A DNA stretch of 64,000 nucleotides from NCBI GenBank assembly GCA_947478395.1, contig CANJVR010000001.1:224001-288000 (forward strand), in the 5' to 3' direction. This document shows positions 34,266 to 44,059 of this stretch, piece by piece (the stretch's first letter is position 1; every line of letters begins with the position of its first letter). The notes under the pieces are model-generated. The model saw nothing but the letters and a program-made list of their open reading frames with translations, made no database searches and was not told the DNA's origin. The stretch is from Opitutia bacterium (GTDB lineage: Bacteria; Verrucomicrobiota; Verrucomicrobiia; Opitutales; Opitutaceae). A program made the position numbers and the translations under genes.

Positions 34266-35204
34266 TCACGGCGCGTTCTGGCTAAGGTAATTCGCCGCAG
34301 CGGGCGCGACGGCTTTTCCTTTTTCGGAAAGGAGCGGGAGAAACGGGCTGGCCTTGAATGCCTTCAAGCCGGAGACGATCGACTCGGCCACGATTTCGGC
34401 TCCAGGCACGTAGGTGTGGTTGTGATCGCTGTAGAGCGCGTTCACGGCCTCACGGCCCATCTTCTCGTAGCGGTCGGCGCAGAGGTTCGTCAGGTCGAGC
34501 ACCGGTAGGTGCAGTTTCACGCCGAGGTCCTTAGTCCACTGCGTGTATTGTCCGCGCGACGTCCCGCGCTCGATGCGGTCTTCCTTGGGGTCGTAGTCCG
34601 CCGGTAGCGGCCCGATGGGCGTGGCGTCGTTGAATTTAACCTTCGGATTCGTCCAAATGTTACGCGTTGTGACGGTGAGAAAATAAACCTGCGCGCCCTT
34701 TTCGCGGGCGACGCTGGCCATCGTGGACATGTACCAACCGTAGGTGTGCGCGGTCTCGACGGTGCCGTCGGGCCGGGAGAGCTGGACCGTTTCATCGCCG
34801 ATGCCCGGAATGGAACCGCGCGCTGAGACCGTTTGCGGCGGACCGCCATCGTTGATGCCAAAAACCAGCAGCACGAAATCGCCCGCTTTAATCTGGGGCG
34901 CGACGCTCGGCCAATCGCCCGGGTTGTTAAAGTAGGTGCGGCTCGAGGTGCCCGCATGAGCGACATTGGCGACCGTGGCTTTTGACGCGGCGAAGTAATC
35001 GGCCAGCGGCGTGCCCCACCCCGCCCAAGGCTGACCGTTCTTGCCCTTGCCGGAATTTCGCGCGGTCGAATCGCCGAGCACAAAAATAGTAGGAGTGGCC
35101 GCGGTCGGCTTCTCGGCCGCGACAATCCCGCTAGAACTAAAAACGAAGGAGAGCGCGGCGAAAGCCAGCAGCGCGCGGCGGACGGGGAAGGCGGAATGCA
35201 ACAT
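34266..35204 (-). CDS. Rhamnogalacturonan acetylesterase-like SGNH hydrolase (CE12)
   Basis: GDSTA, GWG, AGTSSRTY, FGINDGG, DHNHT. Confidence 0.88.
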   Translation of the reverse strand: MLHSAFPVRRALLAFAALSFVFSSSGIVAAEKPTAATPTIFVLGDSTARNSGKGKNGQPWAGWGTPLADYFAASKATVANVAHAGTSSRTYFNNPGDWPSVAPQIKAGDFVLLVFGINDGGPPQTVSARGSIPGIGDETVQLSRPDGTVETAHTYGWYMSTMASVAREKGAQVYFLTVTTRNIWTNPKVKFNDATPIGPLPADYDPKEDRIERGTSRGQYTQWTKDLGVKLHLPVLDLTNLCADRYEKMGREAVNALYSDHNHTYVPGAEIVAESIVSGLKAFKASPFLPLLSEKGKAVAPAAANYLSQNAP

Positions 35205-35490
35205 GGGGAAATAAGGACGGAGGTGAAAGACCGCAGTCTGACGCGCGATGCGCCAATGCGATGCGGGGCATACTCTCACGAAGCCGACGGTGAGCAAATC
35301 TGTTTGAGCCGACTAGGGTCGATCAGTCCAGAAACGGGGGCGCGGGGTAGGTTCTGGGTAGTCGAGCCAGCCGTGCACATGGGCACCTCCGGTTTCCATG
35401 CGACGTACGCTGCCGGGAAAACTCGATCGACGACAGCACGATCAACCTGCGTTTCACCCGAAAAGCATTTCCCCAGCTCGCCGCCGGCGC

Positions 35491-36558
35491 CTACCTCACG
35501 GTCGCGGGCGCCGCGGCCTGCGGAATTTCCTTTTCGTACTTCGTCCAGTCGTTGACGAGTTCGTGGACAACCACGCTGCCGACGCGATGAGCCGCTTCCA
35601 ACGAGGGAATAAAAGCTGAAAGCTTTTTACCGAAGAGACTCTCTTCCGCTGTGCCTCCCGGCCATTGCATGTCGAAATTACTCGCCGTCCGCAGCACGAG
35701 CAGCCGGCGCACGTCTGCTCTGCCCGCGCGCGTCAGCCAAGTCAGTGCCTGCGCAGTCCCAGTGTCCTCCATCGCGGTCGTGGTGTAGTGGGCCTGGCCG
35801 TCGGTGTGGTAACTGACCCATTCATTGGCCCAGGCGTTGAGCAGTTTCCCGTGCCAGAAGGTCATCGATGCGAGGTTGTCGCCCTTGAGCACGAACGGTG
35901 GGCGCTGGGCATTCGGGAAGCCTTTGTACAATTCGCGGCGTTGCTGCATCTCGGGCGTATCCTTCAGCGCAATCGCTTTCGTCCGCTCGTAGGCCCAGTT
36001 CACCAAACCGGCGTCGAGGTGAAACGCTTGCCCGTTGTCGGCCGTGTTGCGCGGCTGCTCGTACGGTTTTTTCCGGTCGAACGGCACATAACCCGTCGGC
36101 CAGTCAGCCGGCATCTCGCGCGGATCGATCTCGTGACCGAGGTCGCCGTCGACGAGCCACTCCGCCCACGCCGCGCTCCCGAGCGACGCCTTGGCGGGAT
36201 CGACGCCAGCGATGCCCGCCACGAGCCAGTAACTGCGGCTGAGATCGAAGCGCGGATCGGAACCGAGCGCCATGATCGTCGCCGCCGAACGCGCGGTGCC
36301 CATCCCGGTGACGATGCCGATGACGGTGCCATCGGCGTTGCTGCGCACATCGTGAAATGCCGCGGGGAGCGGATAGACTTTGTCCAGTTTCTCGCGCTCG
36401 ACCCAATATTGAAATTCACCCGGGGCGTCGCCGGTGTCCTGACCCACTTCGAACATCGTCACAACGACCACGCGTGGTCGCAACGGCGGCTCCGCGGCCG
36501 CGAGCCGCGAAAACCCGAGAAGAGCGACCAGGGCAAAAAAAACGGAGCAGCGAAGCAT
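35491..36558 (-). CDS. Purine nucleoside permease (NUP) family protein
   Basis: MFEVGQDTGDAPGEFQYW, DPRFDLSRSYWLVAGIAG, AMEDTG, LRTASNF. Confidence 0.88.
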   Translation of the reverse strand: MLRCSVFFALVALLGFSRLAAAEPPLRPRVVVVTMFEVGQDTGDAPGEFQYWVEREKLDKVYPLPAAFHDVRSNADGTVIGIVTGMGTARSAATIMALGSDPRFDLSRSYWLVAGIAGVDPAKASLGSAAWAEWLVDGDLGHEIDPREMPADWPTGYVPFDRKKPYEQPRNTADNGQAFHLDAGLVNWAYERTKAIALKDTPEMQQRRELYKGFPNAQRPPFVLKGDNLASMTFWHGKLLNAWANEWVSYHTDGQAHYTTTAMEDTGTAQALTWLTRAGRADVRRLLVLRTASNFDMQWPGGTAEESLFGKKLSAFIPSLEAAHRVGSVVVHELVNDWTKYEKEIPQAAAPATVR

Positions 36559-36720
36559 CGGGATTCAAAGCAGGAGACGGGCCACCAAACTGGCAAGAGA
36601 GCACCTACGCCGCGCTGTAACGGCAACCAGGGTCGAGTGGACCTGAAAATTTTAATGGTCCGCCGGCTGAGTCCCGTCTTGCGGAGGGCCCGGGCGATCC
36701 GTCTGACTAAAAACATGGCC

Positions 36721-36960
36721 ATGGAATTCGGTTGGTGGGAAAAAAATCCTGAAGAAGGAAAGTTTCAGGTCGTCGCGCGCATCCACGGCGGCAACATTCA
36801 GTGGACGCGTAAGGCTGGCCATTTTCAGCCGTGGCTCACGCACCTGCCCTCCGAGGAAAACTGGGAGCGGCTCCTGACCGAGGCCAACCGCCGCGTCCCC
36901 CGCCGCCTGATTTCACCGAAGCAATTCGCGGACATCCAGCGCATCTTCGACGCGCGTTAG
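36721..36960 (+). CDS. Small hypothetical protein
   Basis: MEFGWWEKNPEEGKFQV..RRVPRRLISPKQF; host-like codon usage (3' end of ORF 35665..36960). Confidence 0.7.
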   Translation: MEFGWWEKNPEEGKFQVVARIHGGNIQWTRKAGHFQPWLTHLPSEENWERLLTEANRRVPRRLISPKQFADIQRIFDAR

Positions 36961-36993
36961 CGAAGCTGCACCCCAAGCGTAGCCGCTAACGAC

Positions 36994-37063
36994 GTAGCGG
37001 CAGGCGTCCCGGCCTGCCGGGTTCGGCGGCCTCGTTTCGGCAGGCAGGGACGCCTGCCGCTCC
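36994..37063. repeat. 70-bp GTAG REP doublet
   Basis: Same family as 25481, reverse orientation judged by its flanks. Confidence 0.85.
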
Positions 37064-37184
37064 ACCAAACGGTCGCGGGAAAACTTAAACCGTCCTCGGT
37101 TTTTTGCCGACGGAATACCCGGTAAAATTTCTTCCGTGTATTTCGCGTAGCCCGTGGGTCACTCCGGTTCCATTCCTCACGATT

Positions 37185-37712
37185 TTAAGCGCCACCTGCG
37201 CCGAGATAATCCGTGACGACCCTTTCCCAAATCAACCGAAACGCCGGGGTGAACTCCACCGGTTTTTCCTGCATCCAGGCCGTGACGTCCGCGATCGAAA
37301 ACCATCCGCCCCGTTCGATCTCATGGGCATCGAGCACAAACGGTCCGAGGTGGTTTAGCCGGTAAACCCAGAGGAATTCCCAGCCGGTACGCGCACACGC
37401 CTCGACCCGAAACCACCGCGTCAACGTTCCTTCCGCCACGAACAATCCGATCTCCTCTCCGAGTTCCCGCCGGGCTGCCGCATCGTAGTCCTCACCGCTA
37501 TCCAGATGTCCCGAGCACGTCGCGTCCCAACATCCGGGCGACATGTCTTTTCGCATCGACCGCTTTTGCAAAAAGGTCCGACCTGCTCCGTCAAACACCA
37601 GCACATGCACCGCCCGGTGCCAGAGCCCCTGCGCGTGCACGTCCCGCCGCGATGCCCGCCCGATCACCACGTCGCTCGCATTCACCACATCGAAGAATTC
37701 CTCGTTCGTCAT
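37185..37712 (-). CDS. NUDIX hydrolase (IDI-like subfamily)
   Basis: HRAVHV, LQKRS..KD..PG.WD, GHLDSGEDYDAAARRELGEEIG Nudix box. Confidence 0.9.
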   Translation of the reverse strand: MTNEEFFDVVNASDVVIGRASRRDVHAQGLWHRAVHVLVFDGAGRTFLQKRSMRKDMSPGCWDATCSGHLDSGEDYDAAARRELGEEIGLFVAEGTLTRWFRVEACARTGWEFLWVYRLNHLGPFVLDAHEIERGGWFSIADVTAWMQEKPVEFTPAFRLIWERVVTDYLGAGGA

Positions 37713-37852
37713 CCCGCTGTCTTCGCAGGGCCTCCGCCACCGTGCAACTCCGGCATGGGCCGCGCGACCGCTCCCGGGCCCCAACGGGCGCGCCCCCATC
37801 CTTTACTTTCCAGGCCGTTCGTGTGCAGTCCTCGTCTTTACGCCCACTCATC

Positions 37853-38290
37853 ATGCCGAAAATCGAAGTCAGCACTGTCGCCGAGATCCTCAAAAAAAAT
37901 CACCTCGATCCCAAACTCCTCCGGGCCGTGATCGAGGAAATGAACCTCGCCGTGCAGCCCGAGCCCGGCGAAGACGAGAAGCCACCGGCCGTGAAGAAGC
38001 AGTTCGTGATCCTGGTGAGCGATCCCGAGGGCCGCTTTCCGAAAAACGATTTCGTCGGCTGGGTCCTCCAGATTCCCGACACTGAGAGCGTCGCCACCAC
38101 GCAGGATCGTATTTTCCGCAGCGTGTACGACTACAACGTCACCAAAAAAGGCCGCCTCTACCCCGCCAAAACCGTGGGCGAAGCCCTTGAAAATATTCCC
38201 GCCAAGTTTTTCAAGGAAGCCGATGTCTGGGTGAAGTCGAAAACGCCCGTCTTGGTGCTGAAAACCGACAACCAGATTCCGAAGGAATAA
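37853..38290 (+). CDS. Hypothetical protein
   Basis: 145 aa from MPKIEV; host-like codon usage. Confidence 0.75.
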   Translation: MPKIEVSTVAEILKKNHLDPKLLRAVIEEMNLAVQPEPGEDEKPPAVKKQFVILVSDPEGRFPKNDFVGWVLQIPDTESVATTQDRIFRSVYDYNVTKKGRLYPAKTVGEALENIPAKFFKEADVWVKSKTPVLVLKTDNQIPKE

Positions 38291-38327
38291 ACGCCTGGCC
38301 CGAAACGGCAGCGACGTTGCGAATGCA

Positions 38328-39182
38328 GTGAAGAATTTCCCCGGAAATCGCCGCCCTTCACCGCGCTGGGTGCTGGTTGCCACCAGTCTCGCGCTGCTCT
38401 GCGGCTGCGGCAAAAGAACCGACGCTTCAACCGCGCAACCCGCGAGCGCGAACATCGCGGTTCCACCGCCGTCCAACGACGCAGAACTTCCAAATTACAC
38501 GCTACAAGCCGTCGCCGTTTACCCGCACGATTCCACCGCCTTCACCCAGGGGCTCGTCTACCTGAAGGGCGTGCTGTTCGAAACCACCGGTCTCAACGGG
38601 CGCTCCTCGTTGCGCAAAGTCGATCTGCCGACCGGACGCGTCCTGCAGATCTCAAACCTGTCCTCCCAGTATTTCGGCGAGGGCATGACGGTCATCGGCG
38701 ACAAGATTTTTCAGATCACCTGGCAGAGCCAAAAGGGTTTCGTCTACGACCTCTCCTCTTTTGCCGTGGAAAAGGAGTTCTCCTACACGGGTGAGGGCTG
38801 GGGTCTCACGACCGATGGAAAGGTTCTCATTTTAAGCGATGGGACGAACGTGCTTCGCTTCATCGATCCCGCCACGTTCAAGGTTCTGCGCACGGTCAGC
38901 GTGTTCCATCGCGGGCTGCCTTTAAAAAATCTCAACGAACTCGAATTCATCAAGGGTGAGATCTTCGCGAACGTCTGGCAGACCAACACGATCGTCCGTA
39001 TCGATCCCGCCAACGGAAATCTCCTCGGCACCATCGACTGCGCCGGTCTGCTCTCGCCCGAGGATTATCGCGGGCGCCCCGATGTGTTGAACGGTATCGC
39101 GTACGATGCCGCCGGCGACCGACTTTTTGTCACCGGCAAACTGTGGCCCAAACTTTTCGAGGTAAAACTGAAGGGAAATTGA
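38328..39182 (+). CDS. Glutaminyl-peptide cyclotransferase (lipoprotein)
   Basis: YPHD..AFTQGL, FGEGMT, GEGWGLT, LNELE, DVLNGIAYD, TGKLWP. Confidence 0.93.
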   Translation: MKNFPGNRRPSPRWVLVATSLALLCGCGKRTDASTAQPASANIAVPPPSNDAELPNYTLQAVAVYPHDSTAFTQGLVYLKGVLFETTGLNGRSSLRKVDLPTGRVLQISNLSSQYFGEGMTVIGDKIFQITWQSQKGFVYDLSSFAVEKEFSYTGEGWGLTTDGKVLILSDGTNVLRFIDPATFKVLRTVSVFHRGLPLKNLNELEFIKGEIFANVWQTNTIVRIDPANGNLLGTIDCAGLLSPEDYRGRPDVLNGIAYDAAGDRLFVTGKLWPKLFEVKLKGN

Positions 39183-39424
39183 GTTTCGCGCACCACGGTG
39201 TCGCTTGCGGGAGCAGCCGAAAAAGCCCCCCGCCCGATCGGGCGCCACTCCCAACAGGGAATTTCCAGGATCAAGGTTAGCCGGGCCGAATTGATTCTCC
39301 TTTTAAGGGGTATGGCGTGCAGCGAAGGGGGTTTCGGTTGTGCCATCCAAGCCCACGAAACCGCGTTTGCGTTTTTGAACGGGGCCGGGGCTAATACGCG
39401 CCTTTCGCTCAACCTTTCGCGCCC

Positions 39425-40570
39425 GTGCCCGAACCAAAATATTCTCCGCCACCGCCTCTCCTTTATGCCGCCACCGAGCGTAGCGCTGATGTCCTCTACT
39501 TCGGACGCGTCTCTGTTCCCGATCCGTTCATCGCCTTTGCGGCCCATGGCAAAAAATATGCGGTCGTCAGTGCCCTTGAATTCGGCCGCGTAAAACGCGA
39601 ATCCGCCTTTGATCGCGTTCTGCCCCTCGAACTTTACCTCCAAAAGGCCCGCGCCACCTGGCCCGACGGCAAGCCCGGCCCCGCCGAGGTCATTTGTCTG
39701 CTCGCCCGCGAACTGAAACAAACGGCCTTTACTGTTCCCCAGGATTTCCCCGCGGGCCTCTACGAAAAACTGCTCAAGCTCGGCCTCGATCTCGCCATCG
39801 CCAGCGGTCCGCTTTTCCCAGCGCGCGAAATCAAAACTCCCGTCGAAATCGCCGCCCTCCGCGAGGGCAACCGTTGCAGCGCCCTGGGTCTCGCCGCGGC
39901 CGAACGCGTGCTGCGGGCGAGCAAAATCAAGGGACGCTCCCTGCTCTACGAGGGTAAGCCGTTGACCAGCGAACGCCTGAAATTCGCCATCGAAGTCGCC
40001 TGCCTCGAAGGCGGCGCGATCTCAGCCAATACCATCGCCGCCGGTGGCGATCAGGGCTGCGATCCCCACGAACGCGGCTCGGGTCCGCTGCGCCCCAACG
40101 AACTTATCATCGTCGATATTTTCCCCCGCGTTGCGGCAACAGGTTATCACGGTGACATGACCCGCACGTTTCTCCGCGGACGCGCCAGCGATGCCCAGCG
40201 CGCGCTCGTCTCCGCCGTCCGCACCGCGCAGCTCGCTGCATTGAAAAAAATCCGCGCCGACGTTTCGGGCCGCGCGGTCCACGAAGCTGTGGTCACCACT
40301 TTTACTTCGCTCGGTTACGAAACCAAAAGCACCCCGAGCGGTTCAGTCGGATTTTTCCACGGCACCGGCCATGGCCTAGGCTTGGATATCCACGAATCGC
40401 CCGGATTGAGCAGCCGCTACGATTCTCCTTTGCCCTGCGGCACCGTGGTCACGGTCGAGCCCGGACTCTACTATCCCGGCCTCGGCGCCTGTCGGATCGA
40501 AGACGTGGTCCAAGTCACCGCCACCAAGCCGAAATTCCTCTCAAAATTTCACTACGACTGGGAATTCTAA
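39425..40570 (+). CDS. Xaa-Pro peptidase (M24B)
   Basis: DIFPR, GYHGDMTRT, HGTGHGLGLDIHE, TVEPGLY, RIEDVV. Confidence 0.92.
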   Translation: MPEPKYSPPPPLLYAATERSADVLYFGRVSVPDPFIAFAAHGKKYAVVSALEFGRVKRESAFDRVLPLELYLQKARATWPDGKPGPAEVICLLARELKQTAFTVPQDFPAGLYEKLLKLGLDLAIASGPLFPAREIKTPVEIAALREGNRCSALGLAAAERVLRASKIKGRSLLYEGKPLTSERLKFAIEVACLEGGAISANTIAAGGDQGCDPHERGSGPLRPNELIIVDIFPRVAATGYHGDMTRTFLRGRASDAQRALVSAVRTAQLAALKKIRADVSGRAVHEAVVTTFTSLGYETKSTPSGSVGFFHGTGHGLGLDIHESPGLSSRYDSPLPCGTVVTVEPGLYYPGLGACRIEDVVQVTATKPKFLSKFHYDWEF

Positions 40571-40624
40571 ATTTAGCCCGGCCTTCGATCCTCCCGCTTT
40601 TTCATTCCGTCCACCGACGACTTC

Positions 40625-41599
40625 ATGAAATCCCTGTCCGCTCTGCTCAAAAAAATTTCCGCCCTTCGCATCCTCGTGATTGGCGACGTCATGCTCGACT
40701 GTTACCTCTGGGGAGACGCCACGCGGATCTCGCCTGAAGCGCCCGTTCCGGTCGTCGATATCACGCGCGAATACACCACCGCCGGTGGTGCGGCCAACGT
40801 AGCCCTTAACCTCGCCTCGCTCGGGGCACGTTGCACGGTCGCAGGTTATTTCGGCGACGATCCCGCCGGCCGTACCCTGGCCGCGACCCTCGAGGAGAAA
40901 AAAATCGCCACGTTGCCCACGCCCGGCACCGGCCAGACGATCGTGAAAACGCGCGTGCTCGTGCAACGCCAGCAACTTTGCCGCCTCGATCGCGAATCTC
41001 CTCCGACCGCTTATGCCGTCTCGGCCGCCGCCGCGGAAAAAGTCCTTGCCGCCGCCATTCGCACGCACGACGCCGTCATTTTTTCCGACTACGCCAAAGG
41101 CCTGCTATCCGACGAGCTCGTCGCCCGCGTGACCGCCCTCGCCCGTGACGCCGGCCAGCTCATCGCCCTCGACCCGAAGCCCAAGCACGCCCTCGCGTTT
41201 CACGGGCTCGATCTGATCACGCCCAACAAACGTGAAGCCCTCGAACTCGCCGGTATCACCCCGGTGCCCCATCAACCGTTTCCCGCCGCAGAAGTCTGCG
41301 CGCGACTCCACGAGCGCTTTGCCACGAAACACTTGGTGATCACGCTCGGTGAGGACGGCATGCTACTGAGCACGAACGGAAAGATTCTGAAGACGATTCC
41401 GACGGCTGCGCGCGAAGTGTACGACGTATCCGGCGCGGGCGACACCGCGCTCGCCGCGCTCGTCCTCGCGCTCGCCGCCGGCGCGACCCTCGAGACCGCC
41501 GCCCACTTTGCCAACGCCGCCGCGGGCGTTGTCGTCGGCAAGCTCGGTACCGCCACTGTCACGCCCAAGGAGCTGGTGGCCTACCTCAAACACAGCTGA
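40625..41599 (+). CDS. rfaE1: D-glycero-beta-D-manno-heptose-7-phosphate kinase (PfkB family)
   Basis: GDVMLD..RISPEAPVPV, GGAANVA, SDYAKG, DVSGAGDT, VVGKLGT. Confidence 0.92.
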   Translation: MKSLSALLKKISALRILVIGDVMLDCYLWGDATRISPEAPVPVVDITREYTTAGGAANVALNLASLGARCTVAGYFGDDPAGRTLAATLEEKKIATLPTPGTGQTIVKTRVLVQRQQLCRLDRESPPTAYAVSAAAAEKVLAAAIRTHDAVIFSDYAKGLLSDELVARVTALARDAGQLIALDPKPKHALAFHGLDLITPNKREALELAGITPVPHQPFPAAEVCARLHERFATKHLVITLGEDGMLLSTNGKILKTIPTAAREVYDVSGAGDTALAALVLALAAGATLETAAHFANAAAGVVVGKLGTATVTPKELVAYLKHS

Positions 41600-41602
41600 C
41601 CC

Positions 41603-42169
41603 TTGAGCACCGACCATCGAGAGTCGAAGATCGAAAATTCGCGCCGCGCCCTGTTCCTCGATCGCGACGGCACGCTGATCGTCGACAAGGTTTATCTATC
41701 TGATCCCGCGGGTATCGATGTCATCACCGGCGTGCCGGCCGCTCTGCGCCGCGCGCGCGAACTGGGCTATCTGCTATTCCTGTTCACCAACCAATCCGGC
41801 ATCGGGCGTGGTTTGCACACGCTGGACGACACACTGCGCGTCAATGCGCGCATGGAGGAAATGCTGGGACTCACTTCGCCCGTCTTTACCGCCACCTGCA
41901 TCGCCCCGGAAGTGCCGCCGCAACCGATCGTCTACCGCAAGCCTTCGCCGCGTTTTATTCTCGAGCAGGTAGCCCAGCACCAACTCGATCCCGACCAATG
42001 CTGGATGGTCGGCGACTCCGCCGCAGACATCGGCGCTGCGCTCGCCGCGAAAATCAAGGTCGCCGCCGTCCGCACCGGCAAAATCGATCCGGCGACACTC
42101 ACCATCGTCGCCGAGCATAAAATCCCGGTCTTCGAAACCTTCGCGGACTTTGTCGCGACGCTCCGTTAA
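41603..42169 (+). CDS. gmhB: Heptose 1,7-bisphosphate phosphatase (HAD IIIA)
   Basis: FLDRDGTL, TNQSGIGRG, RKPSP, MVGD; follows rfaE1. Confidence 0.85.
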   Translation: MSTDHRESKIENSRRALFLDRDGTLIVDKVYLSDPAGIDVITGVPAALRRARELGYLLFLFTNQSGIGRGLHTLDDTLRVNARMEEMLGLTSPVFTATCIAPEVPPQPIVYRKPSPRFILEQVAQHQLDPDQCWMVGDSAADIGAALAAKIKVAAVRTGKIDPATLTIVAEHKIPVFETFADFVATLR

Positions 42170-42302
42170 TCGAACAAGTCCCCGTCCGATAAACCGCCAA
42201 TCGACGCTCATCATCGCTAATTCCGAAAATCCATCGGAAACGATTCTTTGGTTTTCATTAGCGGCCATTAGCGAAAATTAGCGGTTAAAAAACCTCCCCC
42301 TG

Positions 42303-43199
42303 ATGCCCGAACTCGCCGAGGTCGAATTTTTCCGTAAACGCTGGGATCAGGCCGCGCATGGGGCCCGCATCCTTCGCGTCCACACCCACGACACGAAGAA
42401 ACTTTTTCGCAGCGCGCCCGCCGCTACCCTGCACGCTGCGCTCACCCACGCCACGCTCACGAGCTCGGCCGCCGCGGCGAAGCAGATGCTTTTCGGCTTT
42501 GTGACCGCTGAAAAAAACCAGGCTTGGCTCGGCCTTCATCTCGGCATGACGGGCGCACTTTCCGTTGCGCCCACCACGCACGTCCCGCGCAAACACGATC
42601 ATCTCGTGCTCTTCACGGATCGTCAGGCGCTCGTGTTTTCCGATCCGCGCATGTTCGGCAAAATCGAATTTAACGTCGGTCCCGAAGCGCCGGGCTGGTG
42701 GACGAAAATCGCGCCCGCATTGTGCTCCGCCCCATTCACGGTTGCGACGGTCGCCGATTTTCTGCGGCGCCGCGGCCGGGCGCCGATCAAGGCGGTGTTG
42801 CTGATGCAGGAGCGATTCCCCGGGATCGGCAATTGGATGGCCGACGAAATTCTCTGGCGCGCCGCGATCCATCCCGCCCGCCTCGCCGGATCGCTCGGTC
42901 CCGCAGACGTCCGCCTCCTCTGGCGCGAATGCCGCCACGTCGCACGTCTCGCGCTCACCGCCATCGCGGGCCGCGGGAAAAAGCTTCCGCCCGATCTCAA
43001 CGTCAACATCCCCGACAGCTGGCTCTTCAATCATCGCTGGCAAAAAGGCGGCCTCTGCCCAATCACCAAAAAGCCGCTCGCCCGGGCGGAAATCGGCGGC
43101 CGGACTTCCTGCTGGTCGCCCGCCCGACAGAAACTGGGAGCGCGGCCATCCTCGGCCGTATTGTCCCGCAAGCGGCCAAGGGCGGCCGTCCTTTCATGA
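42303..43199 (+). CDS. mutM: Fpg/Nei family DNA glycosylase
   Basis: [38 protein letters not shown]. Confidence 0.88.
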   Translation: MPELAEVEFFRKRWDQAAHGARILRVHTHDTKKLFRSAPAATLHAALTHATLTSSAAAAKQMLFGFVTAEKNQAWLGLHLGMTGALSVAPTTHVPRKHDHLVLFTDRQALVFSDPRMFGKIEFNVGPEAPGWWTKIAPALCSAPFTVATVADFLRRRGRAPIKAVLLMQERFPGIGNWMADEILWRAAIHPARLAGSLGPADVRLLWRECRHVARLALTAIAGRGKKLPPDLNVNIPDSWLFNHRWQKGGLCPITKKPLARAEIGGRTSCWSPARQKLGARPSSAVLSRKRPRAAVLS

Positions 43200-43948
43200 C
43201 GACCGCAAAAAAAATCCGCCTCGACGAACTGCTCGTCGCCCGCGGCCTCGCTGAAACCCGCTCGCAGGCCAAGGCACTCGTGATGGCCGGCCGGGTCCGC
43301 CGCGGCACAGAACGCCTGGACAAACCGGGTCAGGATTTTCCCGCGGACGCCGAACTTTCGGTCGAACAACCGCCGCGTTTTGTCAGCCGCGGCGGCGAAA
43401 AACTGGCGGCGGCGCTCGCGGCGTTTGCCCTCGATCTCCGGGGCGCGCACGTGCTCGACGTCGGAGCCTCGACCGGCGGTTTCACCGACTGCGCGCTGCA
43501 ATCCGGCGCGGCCGATGTGGTCTGCGTCGACGTGGGCCGCGCCCAACTTCACGCCAAACTCCGAGCCGATCCGCGTGTGACCAATTTCGAAAAGGTCAAC
43601 GCCCGCCATCTCTCCACCGGCGATCTGCCGCGCGATGCCTTTGATGCCGTCGTCATGGACCTCTCATTCATTTCGCTGAAGGTTGTGCTTCCCGCGGTCT
43701 GGCCGTTCGTACGTCCGGGTGGCGTGCTGGTCGCGCTGGTCAAACCGCAGTTCGAAGCCGGGAAAGCCGAAGTCGACAAGGGGCGCGGGATCATTCGCGA
43801 CCCCGCCGTGCAACAAGCCGTCCTCGACGATGTCCGCACTTTCGCACTCACCCTGCTTCGCGGGGCCGGACTCATCGGTACGATCGATTCGCCGATCACG
43901 GGCACCGATGGCAATCGGGAGTTTCTGCTGGGGCTCCGCCGCAGTTAG
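43196..43948 (+). CDS. tlyA: TlyA family rRNA methyltransferase
   Basis: RLDELLV S4 domain, [40 protein letters not shown]. Confidence 0.93.
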   Translation: MTTAKKIRLDELLVARGLAETRSQAKALVMAGRVRRGTERLDKPGQDFPADAELSVEQPPRFVSRGGEKLAAALAAFALDLRGAHVLDVGASTGGFTDCALQSGAADVVCVDVGRAQLHAKLRADPRVTNFEKVNARHLSTGDLPRDAFDAVVMDLSFISLKVVLPAVWPFVRPGGVLVALVKPQFEAGKAEVDKGRGIIRDPAVQQAVLDDVRTFALTLLRGAGLIGTIDSPITGTDGNREFLLGLRRS

Positions 43949-44059
43949 ATTCGAAATGTGAGCGGGGTGCCCACATTAGAACTCGGTCGCAGCCGCCCTT
44001 CGCCCTCACCCGTTGACACCACTCCGCGCCGCTTTTTGTCTTCGCTTTCCCACCCGCCC

